Below, in pieces: positions 54,827 to 64,000 of a stretch of DNA of 64,000 nt. Origin of the DNA: Bacteroidota bacterium. GTDB taxonomy: Bacteria; Bacteroidota; Ignavibacteria; UBA10030; UBA6906. The notes under the pieces were generated by a model. It was not told where the DNA came from and ran no database searches. It saw only the letters and a list, made by a program, of their open reading frames with translations. The stretch covers positions 991 through 64,990 of the forward strand of contig DATJPR010000189.1 in assembly GCA_035506295.1 (NCBI GenBank). Reading direction: 5' to 3'. Position numbers and translations under genes: made by a program. Within the stretch, counting starts at the first letter, position 1. Every line of letters starts with the position of its first letter.

Positions 54827-54921
54827 GAATATCTCCCTGAAGAATGTTTGTCCCGTAATCACGGTAGTCAGAGAATAATGTAATGAATTGACCGGACAAT
54901 CAAAAAACAGTGAACTGCGGC

Positions 54922-55677
54922 CTACCGGACCGGCTTCCAGTGCGAGGAAACCGATCGGTGGAGTATCGTCACCCAGAGATAGTTCACGAACCACGATCCC
55001 ATAACGCCGAGATAGCCGTATCGCCGGAACCTCCGGGGCGATTCATAGACCACCATGTCGTCAAAATACACGATGCGACCCAGTTTGCCGAGCCGGCGGA
55101 AAAGGTCGTAGTCTTCTCCCGCGGCGATCGTTGCGTCGTAACCGTGCGCCGTCATGAATATGCTGCGGCGCACCACGTGACACTCCCCCCGGCCCATCGA
55201 CATCCCGACCTTGTTCATCATCGAGAAGAGCCAGTTGAAGAACCCGTGAAACACCAGATCGGACAGGCGGCGATCGTCGGGAAACACCTCGACCCTGCAC
55301 GTGGCCGCGATCACCGCGGGATCCTGGAGCGCCGCTTCCAACCGGGTGAAGAACTCGTCGGCGTCACCGATCAGGGTGTCCGCGTTCATGAACACCAACG
55401 TCGCGCCCCGCGCCCGCGCCGCCCCGAGGTTTCTCCCGAGCGCGATCGTCTGACGGACGCCATCGGTATTCTCGACCACCGGATCGCCATAGCGACGGGC
55501 AATCGAGAGCGTCCTATCCGTGCTCCCGCCGTCGCTGATGATGACTTCAAGGCCGAAGCGCTTCCTTCGATCGGCGGTAAATTGCGCGAGCATTCCCGCG
55601 AGGAGTTTTTCCTCGTTGAGCGTCGGGACGATGATGCTGAACGCCGGAGTGTCGGACGGGAGCGGACGCGGTTCCAT
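54922..55677 (-). CDS. Family 2 glycosyltransferase
   Basis: FSIIVPTLNEE, SDGGSTD and NADTL (DxD-like). ATG 55677 overlaps the TGA of the GH57 gene by 1 nt. Confidence 0.8.
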   Translation of the reverse strand: MEPRPLPSDTPAFSIIVPTLNEEKLLAGMLAQFTADRRKRFGLEVIISDGGSTDRTLSIARRYGDPVVENTDGVRQTIALGRNLGAARARGATLVFMNADTLIGDADEFFTRLEAALQDPAVIAATCRVEVFPDDRRLSDLVFHGFFNWLFSMMNKVGMSMGRGECHVVRRSIFMTAHGYDATIAAGEDYDLFRRLGKLGRIVYFDDMVVYESPRRFRRYGYLGVMGSWFVNYLWVTILHRSVSSHWKPVR

Positions 55678-57830
55678 CACGCCGAGGTCACCGCCTGACT
55701 GATCCGCACTTTGAACTGGTGAGCGCCCGATTGCGCCCCGCCTGCCGGCTCAAGACGGAACCGCCAATGGGGAATGACGACCGCGGCCTGGAACACACGC
55801 TCGAACCCGGCTTCGGACAACGAGACGGTTTCGAGCGGAAACCGCCACAAGGTCGCAGGGCGGTCAAGACTGAACGTCGTCTGCAGCCGGAGCCAGCGAT
55901 CGACGAGCTTGACACTCCTGACGTTCGGTTCCTCTCCCTGGCTCATGATCCGTCGATCCTGGAGCGGGCGTCCTTCGATATCGTAGAACCGGTCCGGGGC
56001 GTCGCCTGCCATCGCACCGATGCACCATTCGATGCCGAGCCAGAGGTCGATGGGGCGCGGCTCCCTGTTGGTGACGACATAGTCCACGGAAAATGCGTCG
56101 CGCCCGTCCTCATAACGAAGAGTCTTCCTGACCGACAGCTTGTGGGGGAGGGCCGTGCGCCAGATTCCCCCCTCGCGTTCAAAATCGATTTCCACCTCTT
56201 TCCCGTTCACACGCTGGGCAACCGTGTATGGCTGATTGACGAAGTCGCCGAGTTCCGGATATCGGCATTCCTGCACTTCGTGCAATGTGGTCGCCTCGCC
56301 GAAGAAGTGATCGATCATCGAGCCGTGCCGGTACCAGTCATAGGAGAGATACCGGTCGAGCCCCGCTTCTTTCACTTCCCCGGGTTCCGTTCCGCCCGGC
56401 CGCTGACCATGCGCCGCTTCAATGACGCGCCGGTGGTACCCTTCTTCTCTCCTGCTGACAATGTCGAGGAGGTTGACGGCCTCGGGCTTCACCGAGAGCT
56501 CGACCATCGTGGCTCCCGATGCCGGCGTGAAACACATGTCCAGACGCCCGGATTCGACAATGACCTCCGTGTGTCCATCGGCGTCAAAATCCGTTTCTTC
56601 GACCTGGGGCGCGTGCAATGGCTGAAGACCGTCGAGCCCGGCCTCCGCGCGGAGCAGGCTGCGGTACACCGGCATCCGGAGGTTCGGAAGGTAGAGCCCT
56701 CCGAAGACGCCGTGCCAGTACGGATCGTTGCATTGCCCTGCCCAGAGAGCATCAAGGATTTCCTGGGGGACGTGACCCCGGTGCAATGCGTGCACGCGGG
56801 AGGCGATCCGGAGCATCTTCTTGTGCATATGGTTCGACTCGGGGTACTTGGCGAGGAAATTCCGCCAATACCCTCCGCGCACGAACACCGCAAACTCTTC
56901 AAACAATCCGTGGTCCTTCAACGCCTGCTCGAACTTCTCGAACCCGGCATAGGCCCGGGGCGTCAGGGCCCATTTGAGCATCTCGCCGTACGCTGCCGCG
57001 GGAAGATACACCCGGCCGGCCGGAGAGAACAGGTTTACAATCGTTCCCGCGTGGATCGGCTTCACCCACGACGATTCCTGCTCGATCATCCTGCAGAAGG
57101 ACTCGAGCCAGCCTTCTTCATAGACGCTGTGATACGTCTTCGGCCACACCCCGAACTTCTCGCCATCGTCGCCGTGGATGACGAACCTTCTCCCGTCCAG
57201 TGAAGCGACCGTCCGGAAGTAGTCGAAGGATTCCGACAGAGATTTGAACGGGATCGCATAGCGCAGGACGCGGTTGATGGGAAGGACGGCCAGCGCCTTC
57301 CCGTTGTCTTCCGTGATGTAGTAGCCCGTGAGCTGTTCATCGCGCAGCCCCGCGTAGCGGAAATGGGTGTCGTCGATCATAACGAATTCCACGCCCGCCT
57401 CCACCAGGGAGGTCACGAGGTGTTGCTCCCACACGCGCTCTGCAAGCCACATCCCCCTCGGTTGCACTCCGAACAGATCCTTTAAAAGCGTCGTCAGCTT
57501 GCGGATCTGGCCGACACGATCCTCCGGGGGAATGACGGGAAGGATGGCCTCGTAGTACGCGCCGGTCAGGAGTTCGATCTGCCCGCGTTGCACCATCCCC
57601 TTGATCCTGTCGATCAGTTCCGGATGGTGGTCGACGACCCACTCGAGAAGCGTCCCCGTCCAGTGCTGCGTGAACTTCACCGAGGGATGACGCTCGAGCA
57701 CGTCCAGAAACGGCTTGTACGCGGCCTGGTACGCTTCTTCGAAGACAGAATCGAAGTTGCCGATCGGCTGGTGGCTATGGACGGCAAAAACGAAATTGAC
57801 GGTCTGCATGAATTCCTGAAGGTCCGACAA
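55677..57830 (-). CDS. GH57-family alpha-amylase / 4-alpha-glucanotransferase
   Basis: FVFAVHSHQPIGNF, WLAERVWE and HGDDGEKFG are GH57 conserved regions that include the catalytic Glu/Asp contexts. A long C-terminal beta-rich region follows. Confidence 0.85.
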   Translation of the reverse strand: MSDLQEFMQTVNFVFAVHSHQPIGNFDSVFEEAYQAAYKPFLDVLERHPSVKFTQHWTGTLLEWVVDHHPELIDRIKGMVQRGQIELLTGAYYEAILPVIPPEDRVGQIRKLTTLLKDLFGVQPRGMWLAERVWEQHLVTSLVEAGVEFVMIDDTHFRYAGLRDEQLTGYYITEDNGKALAVLPINRVLRYAIPFKSLSESFDYFRTVASLDGRRFVIHGDDGEKFGVWPKTYHSVYEEGWLESFCRMIEQESSWVKPIHAGTIVNLFSPAGRVYLPAAAYGEMLKWALTPRAYAGFEKFEQALKDHGLFEEFAVFVRGGYWRNFLAKYPESNHMHKKMLRIASRVHALHRGHVPQEILDALWAGQCNDPYWHGVFGGLYLPNLRMPVYRSLLRAEAGLDGLQPLHAPQVEETDFDADGHTEVIVESGRLDMCFTPASGATMVELSVKPEAVNLLDIVSRREEGYHRRVIEAAHGQRPGGTEPGEVKEAGLDRYLSYDWYRHGSMIDHFFGEATTLHEVQECRYPELGDFVNQPYTVAQRVNGKEVEIDFEREGGIWRTALPHKLSVRKTLRYEDGRDAFSVDYVVTNREPRPIDLWLGIEWCIGAMAGDAPDRFYDIEGRPLQDRRIMSQGEEPNVRSVKLVDRWLRLQTTFSLDRPATLWRFPLETVSLSEAGFERVFQAAVVIPHWRFRLEPAGGAQSGAHQFKVRISQAVTSA

Positions 57831-57893
57831 CCATACTGATCCCGCGTCTGTCCGGCACGGAGGATCCGTCCGGGGGCTCCTGTGCGGCTTGCC

Positions 57894-59405
57894 TTACTGC
57901 TCCGGCTTCATTTGCGGGAAGAACATGACGTCGCGGATCGATTCCTGACCGGTCATGAGCATGGTTAGCCGGTCGATCCCCATCCCCATGCCCGCGGTGG
58001 GAGGCATCCCATATTCGAGCGCTCGGAGATAGTCCTCGTCGAGCGGCTGGATCTCCTCTTCCCCCCGCGCCCTCGCCTTCATCTGCTGCTCGAAGCGCTG
58101 GCGCTGGTCGAGAGGATCGTTCAATTCGCTAAAGGCGTTGCAGAGCTCCTGTCCGTCGCAGATGACTTCAAACCGTTCGACCAGTCCCTCCTCGCTCCTG
58201 TGCTTCTTCGCGAGCGGGGACATGGAAAGCGGATAATCAGTGATGAACGTGGGCTGAAGCAGTTTCGGTTCAACGTGCGCACTGAAGATCTCATCGATGA
58301 TTTTCCCCGCGCCGTCTCCCGGCGCGACGTCAACATGAAGCTCCCGTGCTGCAGCACGCAATTGCTGCTCGTCGAGATTGCGGAGCGCACGCCCGGTATG
58401 TTTCTCAATCGCCTGGAACATCGTGAGACGCTCCCACGGCGGCGTGAAGTCGATCGTCTTTCCGTGGCGCTCAACGACGAGCGATCCGTGGAGGGCCCGG
58501 GCGACCCGCCCGATCATTTCCTCGACGGAATTCATCATCCAGACATAGTCTCGATACGCGACATACACTTCCAGCATTGTGAATTCGGGATTGTGGTTCT
58601 TGTCCATCCCTTCGTTGCGGAAGTCCTTGGAGATTTCATAGACCCCATCAAAGCCGCCGACAATGAGGCGCTTGAGGTAGAGTTCATCCGCGATGCGGAG
58701 ATACAGATCGATGTCGAGGGCGTGGTGATGCGTCACAAACGGCCTCGCGAACGCGCCGCCGTATTGCGGCTGGAGCACGGGCGTTTCCACCTCCAGGATT
58801 CCCCGTTCATCAAGGAACTGGCGGAGCGTGGAGACGATCCTCGCGCGCTGGACGAACACGTCGCGGACGCCCCGGTTCACGATGAGATCGACATACCGCT
58901 GCCTGTACCGGAGCTCTTTGTCGGCAAACGGGTCGTAGACCGTGCGATCCCCGTGCTCGTCGGTTTTTTCCTTCGCCACCGGCAGCGGGCGGAGCGACTT
59001 CGAGAGCAGGGTCAGCTCTTTGGCGTGGACGGTCACCTCGCCGGTCTTTGTCCGGAAGACAAACCCGTGTACGCCGACCAGGTCGCCGATGTCGAGGAGC
59101 TTGAACGCATGGTACGTCTCGCCCAGGTCATCCTGCTTGAGATAGACCTGGATTCTTCCCTTGCTGTCTTCAAGATGAAAAAACGATGCCTTTCCCATCC
59201 TGCGCAGGGACATGATCCGTCCTGCAATCGCCACGTTCATCGCGGGGGAATCCTCCTTGAAGGATCCGAGGATCTCCGCCGAACTTGTCGATTGCTCGAA
59301 CGCGTACGGATAGGGATTGACTCCCCGGGCGCGAAGAAGGTCGTGTTCCTCACGGCGCCGGGCCATGAGATCGTTGAGTTCCTGCAGATTCTGGTCGTTG
59401 TCCAC
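57894..59405 (-). CDS. lysS: Lysine--tRNA ligase (class II)
   Basis: OB-fold N-domain ([28 protein letters not shown]), motif 2 [16 protein letters not shown] and motif 3 [12 protein letters not shown] start with GGAG upstream. Confidence 0.95.
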   Translation of the reverse strand: MDNDQNLQELNDLMARRREEHDLLRARGVNPYPYAFEQSTSSAEILGSFKEDSPAMNVAIAGRIMSLRRMGKASFFHLEDSKGRIQVYLKQDDLGETYHAFKLLDIGDLVGVHGFVFRTKTGEVTVHAKELTLLSKSLRPLPVAKEKTDEHGDRTVYDPFADKELRYRQRYVDLIVNRGVRDVFVQRARIVSTLRQFLDERGILEVETPVLQPQYGGAFARPFVTHHHALDIDLYLRIADELYLKRLIVGGFDGVYEISKDFRNEGMDKNHNPEFTMLEVYVAYRDYVWMMNSVEEMIGRVARALHGSLVVERHGKTIDFTPPWERLTMFQAIEKHTGRALRNLDEQQLRAAARELHVDVAPGDGAGKIIDEIFSAHVEPKLLQPTFITDYPLSMSPLAKKHRSEEGLVERFEVICDGQELCNAFSELNDPLDQRQRFEQQMKARARGEEEIQPLDEDYLRALEYGMPPTAGMGMGIDRLTMLMTGQESIRDVMFFPQMKPEQ

Positions 59406-59529
59406 GAATTCTCCGGCGAACCTCCTATGATGATTTGATTTTAGTTAAGTATTGTACCCACAAATTCATGTAGAAGCAATAACTCTGGGGCAGGGGCATC
59501 GAAGAGCAGATGAGGCGGGATGGGCGGGA

Positions 59530-60000
59530 CTACGCGGACCGGCCTTCGGGAAAGTGCGGGGGGGCTGGGATCCGCATCTGGTGCACTTTGCGCCGGAAAG
59601 GCTCAGGCACCGTGCCGATGGTTTTCTTTTCGTAATCGTACACGGCGATGCCGGTCTTCACGCGTGCGATTTCCTTCTGGTCCGATTGCCGGCTGATGCG
59701 AAACAGCATATCGAACGTGTGTTTCTGGACGTCGTCAACCGCGACATCGATACTGAGAAGGTCACCGTGGAACGCCTCCGCGCGATAGACGACGACGGCG
59801 TCGGTCATGATGATCCCCAGTCCCTCGATGTCTTTTTCGGAATATCCGAGCGATGCAAGAAAACGGATGCGCGCTTCCTGGACGAGCGTGAGGACGGCGC
59901 CGTTGCCGAGATGCCCGCCGTAGTTGATGTCGGAAATCCGGACCGTGAGATCCGTGCTGAAAGGGAAAACCTCGGGGAGGGAAACGCTCGCGCGGGCCAT
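59530..60000 (-). CDS. 4HBT-fold acyl-CoA thioesterase (YbgC-like)
   Basis: The pattern VRISDINYGGHLGNGAVLTLVQEARIRFL is a hot-dog fold. ATG 60000 avoids overlap with lspA; the tracked ORF extends to 60117. Confidence 0.7.
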   Translation of the reverse strand: MARASVSLPEVFPFSTDLTVRISDINYGGHLGNGAVLTLVQEARIRFLASLGYSEKDIEGLGIIMTDAVVVYRAEAFHGDLLSIDVAVDDVQKHTFDMLFRISRQSDQKEIARVKTGIAVYDYEKKTIGTVPEPFRRKVHQMRIPAPPHFPEGRSA

Positions 60001-60007
60001 GAGGGCG

Positions 60008-60517
60008 TTACGTGGAACGGTGACGGACCATACGGTAGCTGACGCTCCCGACAAGCAGCGCCACGCCTCCGAGAACAGCGACATCGGCAATGTTGAAGAT
60101 CGCGGTGCGGATGCCACCCACCCCGACGTTGAGAAAATCGATCACCACCCCGTTGTAGACGATGCGATCGATCAGATTGCCGAGCCCGCCGCCGACGATC
60201 ATGGCGATGGCCGCGCGTTCGCTCAGCCCGACGTCCCGCGAGAACGAAGCGTAGGCCGTCAACAGGATCAGCATGGTGCCTACGGTCACGGTGAACAACA
60301 GGAACCGGAGCCCCGGGTTGAGCTCGGCACCGAAACTCAGCATCCCCCCACGATTCTCCTCATATTGAAGCCGGAACAGATCGCCGAAAATCGATTGCCT
60401 GACCCCCGGCTCCAAACGCTCCCGCGCAAAGTCTTTCGCAACACGGTCACACCCGATACACATGATCGAAATCACGAGCACGATGACAAGGTTTCGAAAT
60501 GTTCGGCCTTCGAGCAT
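60008..60517 (-). CDS. lspA: Lipoprotein signal peptidase (signal peptidase II)
   Basis: GGGLGNLIDRI..G.VIDF and AIFNIADVAV (catalytic Asp contexts), with four TM segments. I prefer ATG 60517; the tracked start is TTG 60523. Confidence 0.9.
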   Translation of the reverse strand: MLEGRTFRNLVIVLVISIMCIGCDRVAKDFARERLEPGVRQSIFGDLFRLQYEENRGGMLSFGAELNPGLRFLLFTVTVGTMLILLTAYASFSRDVGLSERAAIAMIVGGGLGNLIDRIVYNGVVIDFLNVGVGGIRTAIFNIADVAVLGGVALLVGSVSYRMVRHRST

Positions 60518-60709
60518 GCGCAAAACTGCCCCCGGTATTGATTGGTGAGGCCGGAACAGGGATCACGCCCGGCCGGAGCTGCTCCATCTGTGTACGGAAA
60601 ACAGGGTCCTCTCGTTGCACGACACTCTGCAAAATCCCCGGCACCCCTCTTTCCCTGTGACACTTTCCCCTCCTCGAAGGTTTAGGGGAATTTACGCGAA
60701 GCGCCGCCC

Positions 60710-63145
60710 TCACGCATGGACTTTCACCGCGACAATGGTCATATCATCGTGCTGTGCGACGTTGCCCACGTAGGCGCGAACGTCTTCAACGATCGCCTGG
60801 ATAAGGAGATCGACCGGTTCGGCGCGGTGACGGCGCACGGACTCCAGGAACCGTGATTCCCCGAATTCCTCATTCCTGACGTTCATGGCCTCCGTGAAAC
60901 CGTCCGTGTAGAACACCAGCAATTCACCCGGCTGTAGCTTCAGCTCGACTTCTTCGAGAACGTTATTGAACGTATCGCCCCGTTCGAGGCCAAGCGCCAT
61001 CCCTTTTGTCGTCAGGAAGCGTTCGTCCCCTCCGGCCCCCGCCGTGAGCAGGATCGGACACTGGCCCGCGCGCGCAAAGCGCAATGTTGAGGCGTCGCCG
61101 TCGAGCACGGCATAGAGCATGCTCACAAACGAATTCCGTTCGATCGTGCGGTACATCAGCCCATTCACCTTCGTGAGGACGGCTTTCGGCGTAACGCTCT
61201 CCTCGGCGTTCGACTGGAGGATGCCTTTTGTTAGGGTCATGTAGATTGCGGCAGGGACCCCCTTGCCCGAAACATCGCCGAGCGCGATCCCGAGTTTTCT
61301 CGCGCCGAGCCGGACGAAGTCAAAATAGTCGCCCCCGACTTCCTGGGCGGGGATGCAGAGCCCGGCGATCTCGTACCCTTCGATCTTCGGGTGCTCCTTG
61401 GGGAGCAGGCTCATCTGCACATTGCGCGCGATCTCCAGTTCCTTTGCCATACGCACGCGTTCGCTGATCCGGAGGATGTGATTGGGCATGATCTCCGGAG
61501 TGAATTCAAAGCGTTTCCGTCGAACAATCCCGATCACCGCCACGAGAAGAGGGACGACCATGGCCGCACAGAACATCACACGGCTTCCCGCGAACGCGTC
61601 CCCCGTAGAGCTGAAGAGCGGGATCGCCACGCCGAGAGCAACCGCAACAAAATGCGCCGTCAGCGCAGTCAGAAGATCGTATCGGAGGAAGAGGACAATG
61701 AAGAGCACGCCGTACGACGCCACGATGACGAGGTTCCACGGCCTGGCCAAACTCCCGATCGGGATCTCCCATTGCCAGAGTGCCGTGCATGTCCACACCA
61801 GCACCGAGACGACCACCCCGAGCCATACGCGCCCTGTCTTCTCACGCAGATAGGACACAAAGAAGAGTCGCGTCACCACCTCACCAAAGAGCGCGGCAGT
61901 CAGGGCGAAGAGCACAGGCTGAAGCCCGGGGAGGTAGGATTCGGGGAGTCCTTGGAGGCTGACAGGGTACATCACTTTTCCTGCACGGACGAGAACTGCA
62001 AGGACGACGGCGTGGACCCCAAGGATCGCGAGCCCCCATCCGTACCCTCGGATGAGGGATTCGCCGCCATTGCTGGTAAAGAACCGTCTTGAAAGCAGCG
62101 CGTCCATTGACGTCATCTTGCCGGCCCAGACGCTTCTCGACGACGATTCGCCGACACTCCAGGCGGAAAATGCCAGTACGGCCATGAAGAGCTGCAGAAC
62201 GAATACCCAGAGAAGGGTGGTGATCAACCGGACGTAGGTCTTGTTCAGATCGCCTATCATCGTCGACGCGCCGATGCCCGGGAACTGATTGAGCACGGAC
62301 AGCACACCGACAGCGAAATAGCCCAGGAAGACAAGGAAGGCCATGCGTGTCCCGACCTCCCCTTCGTGGTATTTTTTCAGAAAGAGAATGACCACGAAGA
62401 AGAAGAGGAGGAAGCTTGCCACCATCGAGACGGTATAGAAGAACGCCGCCGTCGTGAACTCTCCGCTAAGGCGCGAATTAAACTCGCGGTCGATGGTCGC
62501 GTCCCACCTGATCTCCGCCACTTCGTCGCCCTGCACGCGCGCGAAGAGGTCAAGCTCGACGCCATGTTCGTGCCGCTCGTAGATGAACTCGTGGTCCACC
62601 CTCTTCGTCTGTTTGATATCGGACGAAGTCTTCAGGGTATACGCCGGAAAATCAGGATGGAACTTCGCGAGTACCGCTTCCGCCATTCGACGCGCGGTGT
62701 CGGGTGCAATGGTGGGGCGCGCGACGGTGTCGAGAATCTCATGGCTGTACCGCAGGACCCGACCAGCCGGTGACATGTACACGGTGAATCGCTCGGGGTT
62801 CTCGCTGATGGAGAGATTCCTGTTATACCATGAGACTTCCCAGTGCGAGGCGGGGATCGAATCGGAGCGGACGATCTCATTCGCCCTGGCGATACCGTAT
62901 TCCTGTTGGAGGAAGAGGTTCGGGACGGGATTTTGGACGATCCATGCGTCGACCGTGAGGCCCGACAGATCGTACCCCAGGCCTTTCATGAACGTTGCGG
63001 CGCTGTCGATGACCTGAACACGCGTCAACCGAAAGTCAAACGAAGCCTGCGGGGAGATCGAACCGGCGAAATGCAGGAAGGCCAGGAAACCGAGCACGCC
63101 GAAGAGTGTCGGTATCCAGAGTCGTTCTCGCGTAAATTCTGCCAT
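60710..63145 (-). CDS. Polytopic membrane SpoIIE/PP2C-family protein phosphatase
   Basis: An extracytoplasmic N-domain is followed by about 10 hydrophobic helices. The C-terminal PPM domain has GGDYFDF, LGDVSGKGVPAA, LVFYTDGFTEA and HDDMTIVAVKV. Confidence 0.85.
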   Translation of the reverse strand: MAEFTRERLWIPTLFGVLGFLAFLHFAGSISPQASFDFRLTRVQVIDSAATFMKGLGYDLSGLTVDAWIVQNPVPNLFLQQEYGIARANEIVRSDSIPASHWEVSWYNRNLSISENPERFTVYMSPAGRVLRYSHEILDTVARPTIAPDTARRMAEAVLAKFHPDFPAYTLKTSSDIKQTKRVDHEFIYERHEHGVELDLFARVQGDEVAEIRWDATIDREFNSRLSGEFTTAAFFYTVSMVASFLLFFFVVILFLKKYHEGEVGTRMAFLVFLGYFAVGVLSVLNQFPGIGASTMIGDLNKTYVRLITTLLWVFVLQLFMAVLAFSAWSVGESSSRSVWAGKMTSMDALLSRRFFTSNGGESLIRGYGWGLAILGVHAVVLAVLVRAGKVMYPVSLQGLPESYLPGLQPVLFALTAALFGEVVTRLFFVSYLREKTGRVWLGVVVSVLVWTCTALWQWEIPIGSLARPWNLVIVASYGVLFIVLFLRYDLLTALTAHFVAVALGVAIPLFSSTGDAFAGSRVMFCAAMVVPLLVAVIGIVRRKRFEFTPEIMPNHILRISERVRMAKELEIARNVQMSLLPKEHPKIEGYEIAGLCIPAQEVGGDYFDFVRLGARKLGIALGDVSGKGVPAAIYMTLTKGILQSNAEESVTPKAVLTKVNGLMYRTIERNSFVSMLYAVLDGDASTLRFARAGQCPILLTAGAGGDERFLTTKGMALGLERGDTFNNVLEEVELKLQPGELLVFYTDGFTEAMNVRNEEFGESRFLESVRRHRAEPVDLLIQAIVEDVRAYVGNVAQHDDMTIVAVKVHA

Positions 63146-63207
63146 GGTATGTCCGTATCGTGTGGGTTAACGGTCAGACGGACTGTGGAGCACGCCGGAA
63201 GCGGGCT

Positions 63208-63669
63208 CTACTTCGACGCAAGCTGACAGGCCATCTTGACGACAATCTTGTGCAGTGTGCCGTCCGAGACCATCGGAGCATGCGCGTCGTGCGGGAAAAA
63301 GAGCGCGAAACTGTCCGGAACGAGATGGAGATACGTTGCCGGACGTTCCGTGAAGAAGACGATGTCTTTTTCCACATCGAAGGGGGCAACTTCTCTCCGG
63401 CAATCCGCTCGCGCTCTCCACCCGATGCTTTCGTCACCGTCAAGCAGAACCTGAATATCGATGTACTTCTCATGCGCTTCAAGCACTGCATCGCTCTGCC
63501 GGACTCCGGCCTTGCGTATCACGCTCGCATACAGCGAGTCTCCGTCGATTCCGAACCTGCCATCCGGCAGAGTCCGGAGATCGGTCCGCGCAAGGAAGGC
63601 AATGACTTCCGGCATCCGAGGGTGCAGCACGCTATAGGTATGAAGGTTCGACAACGTGTCGAGGATCAT
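63208..63669 (-). CDS. YhcH/YjgK/YiaL family (DUF386) protein
   Basis: MILD.L.N...Y..LHP........L...DL..L.DG...IDGD.LYA, H..YIDIQ and FFP.D.H.P. This is the typical family pattern at 153 aa. Confidence 0.75.
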   Translation of the reverse strand: MILDTLSNLHTYSVLHPRMPEVIAFLARTDLRTLPDGRFGIDGDSLYASVIRKAGVRQSDAVLEAHEKYIDIQVLLDGDESIGWRARADCRREVAPFDVEKDIVFFTERPATYLHLVPDSFALFFPHDAHAPMVSDGTLHKIVVKMACQLASK

Positions 63670-63687
63670 CGATGAGCGATCTCCAGT

Positions 63688-64000
63688 CTACCAGGATCCA
63701 GACGCTCCCCCGCCCGAGAATCCCCCTCCCCCACCCGAAAAACTCGACGAGCTCCCCGAGGATGAGGAACTCCACGAACTCCAGCCGTGCGACCCGGCCG
63801 TAGACGTCCCCGCCCAGGTGCCCATCCGCTTTCCCATGGAGGTTTTGGGAAGAAGAATTCTCGCGAGAGGATAGAGAACGATATATGCGCCCAACAGCGA
63901 CATTCCGAAGGTTACTCCGTACACTGCCGTTGGGAACGCTGCATAGAACGGAATGAGAAAAACATAGAGGAACCACCCTACACCCCCGGGACTGGCGATC
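63688..64000 (-). CDS. C-terminal part of a membrane protein with Gly/Ser-rich tail (TPM/YgcG- or DUF2207-like); N-terminus beyond the right window edge
   Basis: My reverse-complement reading shows the frame stays open to nt 64000 (…GVGWFLYVFLIPFYAAFPTAVYGVTFGMSLLGAYIVLYPL…). It ends in SSSFSGGGGGFSGGGASGSW, the same tail type as the TPM protein at 30453..31184. Confidence 0.4.
   Translation of the reverse strand, partial: IASPGGVGWFLYVFLIPFYAAFPTAVYGVTFGMSLLGAYIVLYPLARILLPKTSMGKRMGTWAGTSTAGSHGWSSWSSSSSGSSSSFSGGGGGFSGGGASGSW

Noticed and set aside
1-64000. Scan by eye for CRISPR arrays, rRNA/tRNA genes, transposases, toxin-antitoxin pairs, restriction-modification or other defence genes.
   Set aside because: Nothing recognisable was found. 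Intergenic regions are short and are accounted for by promoters, terminators, one riboswitch and two palindromic repeats. tRNAscan/Infernal would be needed for a definitive negative.

Overview
This is a dense, GC-rich bacterial chromosomal window (roughly 55-60% G+C by eye, not computed) with about 50 protein-coding genes. I recognised no rRNA, tRNA, CRISPR array or IS element.

Coding is overwhelmingly on the minus strand: 13.1-32.6 kb except one methyltransferase, and every gene from 34.3 kb to the right edge. Many genes share 4-nt ATGA or 1-nt start/stop overlaps, which suggests long translationally coupled operons.

Content from left to right:
- (i) 1-13.1 kb is a glycan-related block. It holds a partial ABC exporter, a secreted GH42-like hydrolase, a Tat-signal small subunit plus GMC flavoprotein plus membrane-anchored nine-haem cytochrome c, a beta-propeller/Y_Y_Y sensor kinase, and a DUF5060/DUF4038-type hydrolase.
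- (ii) 13.1-22.1 kb is the most unusual locus. Two paralogous ~1000-aa proteins (pseudo-receiver + receiver + PPDK_N-type ATP-grasp, with no recognisable phosphohistidine swivel or PEP/pyruvate TIM-barrel domain) each sit directly upstream of a glutamate dehydrogenase of a different class. A 69-aa zinc-ribbon ORF lies between them. All five genes are co-directional and tightly packed.
- (iii) 23.2-31.9 kb reads lemA, palindromic spacer, TPM-domain gene, 1587-aa soluble multi-PAS/GAF histidine kinase, receiver protein with a degenerate DHp-like tail, carbon-nitrogen hydrolase, beta-barrel OMP.
- (iv) A SAM-I riboswitch with an intrinsic terminator precedes a Cys/Met-metabolism PLP enzyme.
- (v) 34.3-64 kb is a housekeeping run: GH35, TatD-radical SAM fusion, metG, holB, BamA-family OMP, M23 peptidase, hprK, hpf, xer, topA, smg, ybeY, MBL hydrolase, gamma-CA, S41 protease, GT2, GH57, lysS, thioesterase, lspA, polytopic SpoIIE/PP2C phosphatase, YhcH.

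Two non-coding extras stand out. There are two related intergenic palindromes built from heptamer arrays. There is also a strong sigma70-like promoter, a ~125-nt transcript and an intrinsic terminator immediately upstream of the ybeY-smg-topA operon (a candidate leader or sRNA).

All functional calls rest on motifs I recognise in the supplied translations or in my own reverse-complement reading; no database search was possible. The lineage guess is inference only: FCB-superphylum-like gene content, but with sigma70-type -35/-10 boxes and AGGAGG Shine-Dalgarno sites.
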